This document shows, one piece after another, positions 53,668 to 62,834 of a stretch of DNA of 64,000 nt. The translations under genes and the position numbers were made by a program. Within the stretch, counting starts at the first letter, position 1; each line of letters begins with the position of its first letter. Under the pieces are notes generated by a model that ran no database searches, was not told the DNA's origin, and saw nothing but the letters and a program-made list of their open reading frames with translations. The DNA lies in the NCBI GenBank assembly GCA_037143575.1, contig JBAWYM010000001.1, forward strand, positions 8,327-72,326. Direction: 5' to 3'. The stretch is from Candidatus Peregrinibacteria bacterium. GTDB taxonomy: Bacteria > Patescibacteriota > Gracilibacteria > Peribacterales > Peribacteraceae.

Positions 53668-54264
53668 ATGACTTCGCCCCTCTTCATCGTCCTGGAAGGC
53701 CCCGATGGTGCAGGAACCACCAAGCACAGTGTCATCCTGGAAGAACGCCTGAAGCGCGAAGGGCACACAGTACTGAGAACATTCGAACCTACGGACGGGC
53801 CCATCGGTGCGCAGATTCGCGCTGACCTGCGGGCAGGGAATCTCAGCGATCCGGAGGCGATTCAGCGAAGATTCTGCGAAGATCGTGCGTGGCATCTGGA
53901 ACATGTCATCGAACCGGCCATGAAGAATGGCACGATCGTCATTAGCGACCGGTATGCCGCATCCACCATCACCTACGGTCTGGCTCTCGGCATCGACCGC
54001 GCCATTCTGGAAGAAATGAATGCCGCATTTCGAAAACCAGATATTCAGCTTTTCTTGTTGCCGCCATTCGCAATGCTTCAGGAGCGCCTCGCACGACGGG
54101 AATCCACCGATGCCTTCGAGAAAGCGGAATTCCAGAAGAAGGTCTATGCGGAGTACCGGAGGCTGGCGGCGGAAGATCCTTCTATTATCGTCATTGATAC
54201 GTCGGGGGAGCTGGAAGTGGTGGCGGATATTATTTTGAAAGCGACGAAGAAGAATGACGAATGA
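53668..54264 (+). CDS. tmk: Thymidylate kinase (variant P-loop)
   Basis: FIVLEGPDGAGTTKH...TFEPTDGPIG...ISDRY pattern of dTMP kinase. The P-loop reads GAGTTK rather than G.GK[ST]T. Confidence 0.8.
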   Translation: MTSPLFIVLEGPDGAGTTKHSVILEERLKREGHTVLRTFEPTDGPIGAQIRADLRAGNLSDPEAIQRRFCEDRAWHLEHVIEPAMKNGTIVISDRYAASTITYGLALGIDRAILEEMNAAFRKPDIQLFLLPPFAMLQERLARRESTDAFEKAEFQKKVYAEYRRLAAEDPSIIVIDTSGELEVVADIILKATKKNDE

Positions 54265-54410
54265 CCAAGGACCAAGCACCAATGACCAGGGAAATCCCAA
54301 ATCAAAAGCACCAATGAGACGTTATATCATTTTTGATTTGGTCATTGGTCATTCCTTGGTCATTGGAATTTGGGATTTGGTCATTCCGCGGTCATTGGGA
54401 TTTGGTCATT
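54255..54410. repeat. Inverted pair of GGTCATT/TGACCAA short arrays with only ~14 nt between the arms
   Basis: The left arm aatgaccaaggaccaagcaccaatgaccagg... faces the right arm ...tttggtcattggtcattccttggtcattgg.... Spans the tmk stop to the rlmN stop. Confidence 0.8.
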
Positions 54411-55515
54411 CCGCTGCGGCTAATTGTCCACACGCCGCCGCAATATCCTCCCCCATCGTCCTCCTCTCCGTGACATCCAATCCATGCCGCAGGATTTCGG
54501 CTTTGAATGCCTCGATGTTGTCGCGCTTCGCCGCGAAGTAAATTTTGCCGGAGACCGGGTTTAAGGGAATCACATTGAGCTTGGGCGCTCCGGCACTCTT
54601 GATGTACCGCACGAGCTCCCGGGCGTGGTCCAGGGAATCATTCACGCCGCTGATCAGCGTGTACTCGAAGGTGACGTAGTGACGGCGATTGCCCTTCTCC
54701 ACTTCGTAGCGCTTGCACCAGGTCGCGAGCTTGGTGAGGAAGTCGGGGACAGTGGAAGGAACGATTGCTGTACGACGCTTTTGATCGGCGCTATGAAGAG
54801 AAACCGCGATGCGCACATTGGGCCAGTCGGGATCGGTGAGGACTTTCTCGAGCGCAGGCAGAATGCCGACGGTGGAGAGCGTGATGTGCGTGGGACCGAT
54901 GTCGGCATACGTCGTCCAGAGGTGAATTGCCTTCTTCACGTTCTCGATGTTGTTGAAGGGCTCACCCATGCCCATAAAAACGACGTTGCTAATGCGCAGC
55001 ATTGTCATCCTGAGCGGAGTCGAAGGATGACAATGCGTGTTCATGGTTCGTTCCTCGACACGGCTCGGAATGACAGGACAATGCAGCAGATAGTTATTCC
55101 AAAACCGTATCTGATCCGCGATCTCATCCGAAGATAAATTCCGCTTGAATCCCATCGCTCCGGTTGCGCAGAACACGCACCCCATCGCGCAGCCAATCTG
55201 GGAGGAGACGCACACCGTCCACTGATCCTTGGCATTGGCCATCAGAACCGTCTCGAAGAGCTGCCCATCGCTTCCTTTCAACAATGCCTTGAACGTATCG
55301 CCGCGCTTGCTCTCGAGGACCTTCGAAGCCTCCACGGAAATCCACGGAATCTCCCGCGCGATGACCTCACGCATGGGTTTAGGGAAAACGGTAACGTCCT
55401 GCCAGCTCTTGAAATGGGGGCTAAAGACTGCCTCTTCGATCTGCCGGGCTCTGAACTTCGGAACCTTGGGAAAGAGTTCCGCGAATCGCTCGGTGCGGGT
55501 AACGGGGACGGGCAT
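54406..55515 (-). CDS. rlmN: 23S rRNA/tRNA adenine-C2 methyltransferase RlmN (radical SAM) carrying an in-frame repeat insertion
   Basis: CAMGCVFC (Cx3Cx2C), VVFMGMGEPFNN and C-terminal Cys region. ATG at 55515. Confidence 0.9.
   Translation of the reverse strand: MPVPVTRTERFAELFPKVPKFRARQIEEAVFSPHFKSWQDVTVFPKPMREVIAREIPWISVEASKVLESKRGDTFKALLKGSDGQLFETVLMANAKDQWTVCVSSQIGCAMGCVFCATGAMGFKRNLSSDEIADQIRFWNNYLLHCPVIPSRVEERTMNTHCHPSTPLRMTMLRISNVVFMGMGEPFNNIENVKKAIHLWTTYADIGPTHITLSTVGILPALEKVLTDPDWPNVRIAVSLHSADQKRRTAIVPSTVPDFLTKLATWCKRYEVEKGNRRHYVTFEYTLISGVNDSLDHARELVRYIKSAGAPKLNVIPLNPVSGKIYFAAKRDNIEAFKAEILRHGLDVTERRTMGEDIAAACGQLAAAE
55000..55075. repeat. Two REP-like palindromes inserted in frame within rlmN
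   Basis: CATTGTCATCCTGAGCGGAGTCGAAGGATGACAATG plus TCATGGTTCGTTCCTCGACACGGCTCGGAATGACA. Translated (minus strand) as ...HCPVIPSRVEERTMNTHCHPSTPLRMTML.... Confidence 0.8.
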
Positions 55516-55538
55516 GGGGAGAGTATAGAGGAAAGCCG

Positions 55539-55620
55539 TTTCCGTAGCTGGGGTTCTGCTTCCGTAGCTGGGGTTCACCTGTAGTGAGCTTGTCGAACTA
55601 TGAACCCCAGCTACGGAAAC
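55539..55620. repeat. TTCCGTAGCTGGGGTT x2 with inverted AACCCCAGCTACGGAA partner
   Basis: Read directly from the sequence. Lies in the divergent rlmN/folD intergenic region. Confidence 0.8.
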
Positions 55621-55668
55621 TGGGCTCCATCCCTTCCACTCTCCCCCGTCCATCCCTATCATAGAACC

Positions 55669-56520
55669 GTGACTCCCCTTCTCCTCTCCGGCCGCGAAGC
55701 CGCCGACGCACTCCTCGCAGAACTCAAGCCGAAGGTCCAGGAACTCGATCCCAAGCTCGTGGTCGTGCAGGTGGGTGACGATCCGGCGAGTGCCAGCTAC
55801 ATCAAGCAGAAGATCAAGAGCTGCGATGCTGTAGGGATGCGCCATGAGCACCGGCATCTTCCCGCAACGACGACGCTAAAGGAATTGATGGCACTCATTG
55901 ACGAGCTGAATACCGATCCGGACGTCACAGGATTCATCGTCCAAGTTCCCCTCCCCGGCGAACTCCAGAAGCACGTTCCGCAGATCATCCGCGCTATCGA
56001 TCCCAAGAAAGACATCGATGGCTTCGGCGCCTATAACCTCGGCAAGATGTTCCTCTCCCAGGAATTCGAGCACCTGCCGCCGGCAACCCCGGCAGGAATT
56101 ATCGCCATGCTGGATCACTACAAAATTCCCGTTGCCGGTAAGCACGTCGTGGTCGTGGGACGGAGCAATACCGTCGGCAAGCCCATCGGCATCATGCTCC
56201 TCAACCGTGACGCCACAGTGACGCTCTGCCACAGCAAGACCGCGAACCTCGCAGAAATCACCAAGCAGGCCGATATCCTGATTGCGGCTGTAGGAAGACG
56301 TAACCTGATCACCGCTGCGATGGTGAAAGACGGAGTGGTCGTCATCGACGTCGGAATGAACAAGAACGACGAAGGTAAGCTCTGTGGGGATGTGGACTTC
56401 GATGAAGTTTCGAAGAAAGCCTCAGCGATTACTCCGGTCCCTGGTGGCGTAGGTCCGATGACGGTGGCGGCACTAATCAGGAATTGTGTGAGGGCGAAGG
56501 AACGACAACACGGAGAATAA
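55669..56520 (+). CDS. folD: Bifunctional methylene-THF dehydrogenase / methenyl-THF cyclohydrolase
   Basis: VVQVGDDPASASYIKQK, GFIVQVPLP and VVVVGRSNTVGKP motifs. GTG 55669 is preferred because the upstream ATG 55600 lies inside the repeat. Confidence 0.85.
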   Translation: MTPLLLSGREAADALLAELKPKVQELDPKLVVVQVGDDPASASYIKQKIKSCDAVGMRHEHRHLPATTTLKELMALIDELNTDPDVTGFIVQVPLPGELQKHVPQIIRAIDPKKDIDGFGAYNLGKMFLSQEFEHLPPATPAGIIAMLDHYKIPVAGKHVVVVGRSNTVGKPIGIMLLNRDATVTLCHSKTANLAEITKQADILIAAVGRRNLITAAMVKDGVVVIDVGMNKNDEGKLCGDVDFDEVSKKASAITPVPGGVGPMTVAALIRNCVRAKERQHGE

Positions 56521-56726
56521 CGGAATAACAGATTATCGGAATATCCGTCCAGTTATTCAGATATTCCGATATTCATCACCTCGTTTTCTTGCGTCCCCAA
56601 AACAAATCGGTACTATCTCTTCGTGGAAACACCGTTTCCCTCTGTTTCGGCCTTTCGGATTTCCTTCCGTCTGGCCCGCTTGCGCGTTCACCAAATCCAA
56701 TCCCTAACCCCTAATCCCTAACCCCC

Positions 56727-58229
56727 ATGTGTGGAATTATCGCTGTTTCCGGCTTCCGCGACGTCATCCAGGATCTGTATGACGGGCTACTCCTGCTCCA
56801 GCACCGCGGTCAGGATGCTGCGGGCATCGTCACGTACAACAGCCAGTTCCATCTGAAGAAATCCAACGGCATGGTGCGCGACGTCTTCCACACACGCTCC
56901 CTGGAACGCCTGAAGGGAACGGTGGGAATCGGGCATGTGCGTTATCCCACGGCAGGCTGCTCGAGTGAATTCGAGGCACAGCCATTCTTCGTGAATACGC
57001 CTTTCGGTATCGCTTTGGCGCATAACGGAAACCTCACAAATTCTGCGGATCTGCGCCGGTTCCTCTTGGAGCACGAGTACCGCCACCTCAATACCAATTC
57101 CGATTCCGAGGCACTCCTGAATATGCTCAGCGTAGCGCTCAAGAATCAGCGCCCCAAAGGTCACCTCTCCCCCGATCAGATCTTCAATGCGATGAAGAGT
57201 GTGTACCGGCACTGTAAGGGCGCCTACTCCGCTGTTGCGCTCATCGGCGGCCAGGGCATCATCGGCTTCCGTGACCCGCACGGCATCCGCCCGCTCCAGC
57301 TCGGCAAACGGAAATTCGGTATGAAGGAGGAGTACATCATCGTCTCGGAAAATACCTGCATGAAGGCGCTCGAATTCGAATTCATCCGTGACATCCGCCC
57401 GGGAGAAGTGGTCTTCATCGATCACCAGAATCACCTCCACAGCCGCATCGTGCACCCGGGCATCCTCACCCCCTGCATCTTCGAGTGGGTCTACCTCGCA
57501 GCACCGGATTCCACCATCGACGGAGTGAACGTGTACAAGGCTCGCCTGCGCATGGGAGAGTACCTCGCAGCCCAAATCAAAGCCTCGGGCATCCACATCG
57601 ATTCCGTCATTCCGATCCCCGATACGGGCCGCCCCAGTGCCGCAGGACTCGCCGACAAGCTCAAAGTCCGTTACCGCGAAGGCTTCGTGAAGAACCGCTA
57701 CATCGGGCGCACCTTCATCATGCCGGGGCAGAGTCTGCGCAAGCGAAGTCTCCAATTCAAGCTCCACCCGATCGAGCTCGAGTTTAAAAATAACTCTGTC
57801 CTCCTCGTGGATGATTCCATCGTCCGGGGCAACACCTCTAAGAAGATCGTGGAGATCGCCCGCGAGGCAGGAGCCAAGAAAGTCTACTTCGCCACCGCAG
57901 CACCCCCAATCATCGCCCCAGACCCCTACGGTATCGATCTCCCGACGACCGATGAACTGATCGCCGGGGACAAGAGCATCGAGGAGATCCGCAAGTACAT
58001 CGGCGCTGACGGACTCTTCTACGGCAAGATCGAAGATCTCCACAAGTCCATCCAACACGGTAATCCCCGCATCACCGCCTTCAGCGAAGGCTGCTTCACC
58101 AAGAAGTACCCCACCCCCGAAGTGACACCCAAGCTCCTCAGGGAAATGGGCTGCGGCCGCAATCAGACCCGCGATGCTTATCAGGATGAAGATGAGCCGG
58201 AGTCGCAGAAGATGCTGGCACTCGTGTAA
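56727..58229 (+). CDS. purF: Amidophosphoribosyltransferase
   Basis: MCGI N-terminal nucleophile and a DDSIVRGNT PRPP loop. Confidence 0.95.
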   Translation: MCGIIAVSGFRDVIQDLYDGLLLLQHRGQDAAGIVTYNSQFHLKKSNGMVRDVFHTRSLERLKGTVGIGHVRYPTAGCSSEFEAQPFFVNTPFGIALAHNGNLTNSADLRRFLLEHEYRHLNTNSDSEALLNMLSVALKNQRPKGHLSPDQIFNAMKSVYRHCKGAYSAVALIGGQGIIGFRDPHGIRPLQLGKRKFGMKEEYIIVSENTCMKALEFEFIRDIRPGEVVFIDHQNHLHSRIVHPGILTPCIFEWVYLAAPDSTIDGVNVYKARLRMGEYLAAQIKASGIHIDSVIPIPDTGRPSAAGLADKLKVRYREGFVKNRYIGRTFIMPGQSLRKRSLQFKLHPIELEFKNNSVLLVDDSIVRGNTSKKIVEIAREAGAKKVYFATAAPPIIAPDPYGIDLPTTDELIAGDKSIEEIRKYIGADGLFYGKIEDLHKSIQHGNPRITAFSEGCFTKKYPTPEVTPKLLREMGCGRNQTRDAYQDEDEPESQKMLALV

Positions 58230-58304
58230 TTGGCGATTTCTTAATTTGCGAATGGCGATTTAGTCATCAATATATCGCAACTCGCAAATTTTAAATCGCA
58301 AATA
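58229..58304 (+). repeat. Post-stop AATCGCAAAT-family inverted array after purF
   Basis: TTGGCGATTTCTTAATTTGCGAATGGCGATTT...ATCGCAACTCGCAAATTTTAAATCGCAAAT. Has the same orientation relative to its gene as the minus-strand copies. Confidence 0.8.
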
Positions 58305-58355
58305 GTTCGCTGTTGCCCCATACTTCTAACACCTTACTGCTTTCCAGAAACTCCC

Positions 58356-59678
58356 ATGAAAATCCTCCTCATCGCCTCAACAGCCAGAGAGCACGCCCTC
58401 GCCGAAACCTTCGCCCGAAGTTCCCACCATCCGGAGATCATCGCTCTCTGCCCATCGCAAAATCCGGGGCTCAAGAAGCTCACGGATCTTCACGTGGGAA
58501 ACATCCTCGATTTCGACTGGGTAATGGAGATCGCGAAGAAGACGAACCCGGACATCGCTTTCATCGGACCGGACGATCCAATCGGTGCCGGTCTCGCTGA
58601 TCCTCTGGAAGCCGCCGGTATCCCAACCGTCGCTCCGAAGAAGAAATTGGCGCAAATAGAGTCGAGCAAGTCCTTTGCAAGAGATCTTCTATTACAAGTA
58701 GACAAAGAATCTCTGCCAAAGTATCTTGTTCAGACTTCATTTGAGCCGAAAGAGATGTACACATTTATTGATCGAGAATTGCACGGACAGTGCGTGGTGA
58801 AGTACGATGCACTGAAAGGTGGCAAAGGAGTCAAAGTGATGGGAGAACATCTTAATAATATCGAAGAAGCCCTAGCCTATGCCAAAGAGTGTATCGATGA
58901 GTGCGGGAGGGTTGTCATCGAAGAGAAACTGGTCGGAGTGGAATTTAGTCTGCTTTCCTTTGTGTCCGGTCTACAGGTTGTAGACATGCCAGCCGTGCAG
59001 GATCACAAACGAGCCTACGAAGGTGACACTGGTCCAAATACCGGCGGCATGGGAACATATACCGATACCCATCACTCGCTCCCCTTCCTTATGCCGGAGG
59101 AACTCAATCGTGCAAAAGAGCTCAACCGGATCACAGCCAAAGCCCTCATGGATCAGTGTGGCGAACCCTACCACGGCATCCTCTACGGCGGCTTCATCGC
59201 CACAGCCTCAGGAGTGAAAGTGATCGAATACAATGCTCGCTTCGGCGACCCCGAGGCACTCAATATCCTCCCGCTCCTCTCCTCCGACCTCGTGGATATC
59301 TGCCTAGCCATCAAGAGTGGAGAGCTCACCGAGGACCTCGTGCGCTTCGAGAATAAGGCAACAGTGTGCAAGTACATCACGCCGGAGAGTTACCCCGTGA
59401 GCAAAGATCAGAAAGGCGCAGCCGTCACATTCCCCACGATGCCAGGGAATGCACGACTGTACTACGGAGACATCGCTGAGGCCGCTGATGGCTCACTGAC
59501 ACTCGGAGGTTCCAGAACCGCTGGAATCGTCGGCATAGGAGATACACTGGAAGCGGCGGAGAAGATTGCTGAAGAACTGTGCGAAAAGGTAACGGGGCCG
59601 GTGAGGTTTCGGAAGGATATCGGCACGAAGAAACTCATTGATCTCCGTATCGCGATGATGCACGATCTGAGAGGATAG
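58356..59678 (+). CDS. purD: Phosphoribosylamine-glycine ligase
   Basis: MKILLIAS..AREHAL, GKGVKV and IEYNARFGDPEA motifs. Confidence 0.95.
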   Translation: MKILLIASTAREHALAETFARSSHHPEIIALCPSQNPGLKKLTDLHVGNILDFDWVMEIAKKTNPDIAFIGPDDPIGAGLADPLEAAGIPTVAPKKKLAQIESSKSFARDLLLQVDKESLPKYLVQTSFEPKEMYTFIDRELHGQCVVKYDALKGGKGVKVMGEHLNNIEEALAYAKECIDECGRVVIEEKLVGVEFSLLSFVSGLQVVDMPAVQDHKRAYEGDTGPNTGGMGTYTDTHHSLPFLMPEELNRAKELNRITAKALMDQCGEPYHGILYGGFIATASGVKVIEYNARFGDPEALNILPLLSSDLVDICLAIKSGELTEDLVRFENKATVCKYITPESYPVSKDQKGAAVTFPTMPGNARLYYGDIAEAADGSLTLGGSRTAGIVGIGDTLEAAEKIAEELCEKVTGPVRFRKDIGTKKLIDLRIAMMHDLRG

Positions 59679-59684
59679 AACATC

Positions 59685-60026
59685 ATGCCCCTTCGACAGA
59701 CTGACATCACGGAAGCTTCCATAGCGCGGCAGGCGCTGGATGATGCCCTATCAGAAGAATGCGGGCTCCCCAGTTATGTGCAGCTTCGCCCGTCACTGCA
59801 CGTACACAAAATCATTGAAGATGAAAATCTCGAAGCCTTCATCATTCACTTCGAAGACTGGGTAAATCACCTGCTCTCTGCCCCATTCCACGATCGCTAT
59901 CACAATGCATTCCATTGCGATAAACCTCCGTCGGAAATCGCATCCATGGATCTCTCATCACTCCTAAGATACATCGAAGACCGCTTACATGTGCTGCTAC
60001 ATAACGGAAAGAACGATGTCTCGTAG
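59685..60026 (+). CDS. Hypothetical protein (113 aa)
   Basis: ORF starting 6 nt after purD. Its N-terminal motif EASIARQALDDALSEECGL resembles part of the 26111 ORF. Confidence 0.5.
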   Translation: MPLRQTDITEASIARQALDDALSEECGLPSYVQLRPSLHVHKIIEDENLEAFIIHFEDWVNHLLSAPFHDRYHNAFHCDKPPSEIASMDLSSLLRYIEDRLHVLLHNGKNDVS

Positions 60027-60038
60027 CAATCCCCAACA

Positions 60039-61091
60039 TCACTGCGCCTTCGCCAGCTTCTCCTCTGCATCCTTTTCGCGTAACGCTTGAAGGAGATCCC
60101 CGATGCCTCCTTCCATTATCGAGGGGAGGTTGCTGAAGTTCTGACCGATGCGGTGGTCCGTTACGCGGTCCTGCGGGAAATTGTAGGTGCGGATCTTCTC
60201 GCTGCGGTCGCCAGTACCGATCTGCCCTGAGCGCATTTCCCCGCGTTCTTTTGCTAACCGTTCACGTTCAGATTCATAGATACGACTGCGTAGCAAATTC
60301 ATCGCGAGCTCACGGTTCCGCAGCTGGCTGCGCTCCGTCTGACAGGCAACGACAGTATTCGTAGGAATGTGGGTAATGCGGATGGCGGATTCCACTTTGT
60401 TGACGTTCTGACCCCCGGCACCACCGCTGCGGAACGTATCGATCCTCAGGTCCTGGGGACGAATCTGAATATCCACCTCTTCGGCTTCCGGCAAAACAGC
60501 GACGGTCGCAGCAGATGTATGCACACGACCTTTGCTCTCGGTCGATGGAATGCGTTGGACGCGATGCGCGCCAGATTCGAACTTGAGCTCACCGAACACC
60601 GGTCCCTCGATACGGACAACCACCTCCTTCACTCCCCCACCCTCGGCCTCCGTCATACTCATCATCTCCGTCTTCCATCCCTTCTCTTCGGCATACCGCA
60701 GATACATCCGCAGCAATTCCGAAGCGAAGAGTGCAGCCTCCTCTCCACCGGTCCCCGCCCGCACTTCCAGAATGACGTTCCTCCCGTCCATCGGATCCTG
60801 TGGAACGAGGAATGAACGCATCTTCTGCTCGAGCACCGGAAGCAGAGCACGCGCCTCAGACGCTTCCAGCTCGGCCAATTCCTTAAGCTCCTTCTCTTGG
60901 ACCTCGCCGGCAAACCGGATAGCCGCCTCTGCGCGGTCATACTGCGCAATGATCTCCACGAGAGGCTCGAGGAACTTCAGTCTTCTGCCAATTTCAATGA
61001 TGCGCTTGCGATCCTCATGGATTGCAGGGTCTTGCAGCGACAACTGAAGATCCTGATACTCCTTGGCCAATGCACGAATTTTATCAATCAC
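60039..61091 (-). CDS. prfA: Peptide chain release factor 1
   Basis: GGQ motif (SGGAGGQNVNKVES) and an RF1-type P-x-T tripeptide (RIPSTES). GTG 61091 is preferred as the start. The ORF extends to TTG 61145. Confidence 0.9.
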   Translation of the reverse strand: MIDKIRALAKEYQDLQLSLQDPAIHEDRKRIIEIGRRLKFLEPLVEIIAQYDRAEAAIRFAGEVQEKELKELAELEASEARALLPVLEQKMRSFLVPQDPMDGRNVILEVRAGTGGEEAALFASELLRMYLRYAEEKGWKTEMMSMTEAEGGGVKEVVVRIEGPVFGELKFESGAHRVQRIPSTESKGRVHTSAATVAVLPEAEEVDIQIRPQDLRIDTFRSGGAGGQNVNKVESAIRITHIPTNTVVACQTERSQLRNRELAMNLLRSRIYESERERLAKERGEMRSGQIGTGDRSEKIRTYNFPQDRVTDHRIGQNFSNLPSIMEGGIGDLLQALREKDAEEKLAKAQ

Positions 61092-61168
61092 GGCGGCAGT
61101 ATGGACGAGGAGAGGGTCAAGAGGAAGTCCTTTGCCTGAAATCAACCGGAATAGTACATTAAGACTCT

Positions 61169-61672
61169 ATGGACATTCGCAAAAACTCCACCCTTATCAT
61201 CGGCCTGCTCATTCCTGTACTCATGATCGTCTTCGTCGCAGGAAGCATCTATATTCCCGGGCTCTTCGCTCCTGCTCCAACCTACAATTTCCTGTACACC
61301 AGCTCCAACGACTACAACTACAATTGGACGGTGGAAGTTCGCGGAGACAAGCTGGTACGCCTCAATCGTGATGCTCCGAAAGATTCCAATCTTCTGGATG
61401 CCGAGCCCGCGATCTACCTCTTCGACGTCGCTACCCGCAAGAGTCGCATCATCACCCTGGCAGAAGCACAGAAGCTCAAGCTGAATCCGAATGCCGAGTC
61501 TCCCGATGGCTACCAGGTAAATCAGAGCAGTAACGGCGGTGGATTTCCCTTCGGATTCAATAACGAAAGCCGACTGTACATGCGAGGGCATTCCACGAGC
61601 TTTAGGATCGATGTAAACATCGATAATGGCTACTGGAATTTCCGGTTCCTCGGTTGGGTGATTCCTCAGTAA
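61169..61672 (+). CDS. Membrane-anchored hypothetical protein
   Basis: N-terminal transmembrane helix (LIIGLLIPVLMIVFVAG). No family recognised. Confidence 0.5.
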   Translation: MDIRKNSTLIIGLLIPVLMIVFVAGSIYIPGLFAPAPTYNFLYTSSNDYNYNWTVEVRGDKLVRLNRDAPKDSNLLDAEPAIYLFDVATRKSRIITLAEAQKLKLNPNAESPDGYQVNQSSNGGGFPFGFNNESRLYMRGHSTSFRIDVNIDNGYWNFRFLGWVIPQ

Positions 61673-61756
61673 TCGAAGGCATACACTTTTTCATTTTCTC
61701 GACGAAGCTCTGAACATTCTGGTAATGAGCTTCAGCGATCCCTCCCCCTCACACCC

Positions 61757-62737
61757 ATGGATAAGCACGCTCTCCTCTCAGAAGTGACAGCACTCGCTCG
61801 CTCAGGAGCGCTCTCGCAATCGGAATTGAATCAGGCATTCCAGGCAGGCTCTTCTACTCACCCGCACGGCATGGCTGAGCGGATTCGCTTCACCGAGATC
61901 CTCTACTACCTTGGCGGGTTCATCATCTTCCTCGGGCTCGTAATCCTTCTGGGTCAGAATTGGGAACATCTCAACTCCATCGCTCGGATCCTGATCACGC
62001 TCGGCAGCGGTATTGCCGCGTATTTCATGGCCGTCCTCTTCCTCCAAAACGCTGCGGCCTCCCGTCTTTCCATCGCCTTCTTCTTCCTTTCCGCCATCCT
62101 CCTGCCGATCGGCATCTTCGTCACGTTCAATGAGGCTGGGTTCTCCACGGATGATTCAGGGATCAATACCGTCCTCTCGGGCATCCTCTTTGCAGTGTAT
62201 CTCGCATCATTCTTCCAGATGAAGCGCACACTGTTCCTCTTCTTCTCAGTGGTCTTCGGCACATGGCTCTTCTTCGCCTTCACGAGCTTCCTCATGAGTA
62301 CGAGCGGTATGGACTTCGGTTGGCGCTTTTATGCGTACCGGATTCTCCTCACAGGACTCAGCTATGTCCTCCTCGGTCAATCATTCCGTAGCAAGAACCT
62401 CAGTGGAGATCTCACCGGCTTCCTCTTCGCCACCGGGACATTCGGATTTCTGGGTGCTGCCCTGACTCTCGGAGGATGGACCCCCGAGCAATCGATGATT
62501 TGGGAGCTCCTCTTCCCCGGTATTGTCTTTGCGATCATGTTCCTGAGCATTCCTCTCAAGAGCCGATCTTTCCTGATTGTCGGAGCAGGCTATCTGATGG
62601 TGTACCTCGTAAAGATCACATCCGAATACTTTTCGGAGGGTTTGGGCTGGCCACTCGCGTTGATCCTTCTCGGATTTGCTATCATCGGAGTCGGGTATTA
62701 CGCATACCATCTGAATAAGAAATATCTGACGACGTAA
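61757..62737 (+). CDS. Polytopic membrane protein (hypothetical)
   Basis: Soluble N-terminal ~45 aa followed by about 9 hydrophobic helices. Confidence 0.55.
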   Translation: MDKHALLSEVTALARSGALSQSELNQAFQAGSSTHPHGMAERIRFTEILYYLGGFIIFLGLVILLGQNWEHLNSIARILITLGSGIAAYFMAVLFLQNAAASRLSIAFFFLSAILLPIGIFVTFNEAGFSTDDSGINTVLSGILFAVYLASFFQMKRTLFLFFSVVFGTWLFFAFTSFLMSTSGMDFGWRFYAYRILLTGLSYVLLGQSFRSKNLSGDLTGFLFATGTFGFLGAALTLGGWTPEQSMIWELLFPGIVFAIMFLSIPLKSRSFLIVGAGYLMVYLVKITSEYFSEGLGWPLALILLGFAIIGVGYYAYHLNKKYLTT

Positions 62738-62745
62738 CTCAGAAG

Positions 62746-62784
62746 ATGTCATTCAGAGCCATGTCGAGGAACGAACCATGACAT
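62746..62784. repeat. REP-like palindrome ATGTCATTCAGAGCCATGTCGAGGAACGAACCATGACAT
   Basis: Same subtype as the second element inside rlmN. Confidence 0.8.
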
Positions 62785-62834
62785 TTTCATATGATTCACC
62801 ATGCGTATGGATCTGAAACAGATACACTGATCTT

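Noticed and set aside
54255-54410. Short tandem and inverted arrays (here and at 3725, 9118, 27779 and 58229) considered as possible CRISPR arrays.
   Set aside because: The units are only 7-11 nt, there are no unique spacers of 25-40 nt, the arms are mutually inverted, and no cas genes are present.
56697-56726. Telomere-like CCCTAA repeats directly upstream of purF.
   Set aside because: There are only three or four imperfect units in the middle of a chromosome, continuous with the C/T-rich leader style seen before most start codons. I treat it as a simple repeat.
56521-56726. A purine or ZTP riboswitch upstream of purF.
   Set aside because: I looked for the conserved purine-aptamer and pfl/ZTP motifs (for example CCGGGCGGA...CCGCCUGGGC) and did not see them. 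The region is mostly short inverted and simple repeats.
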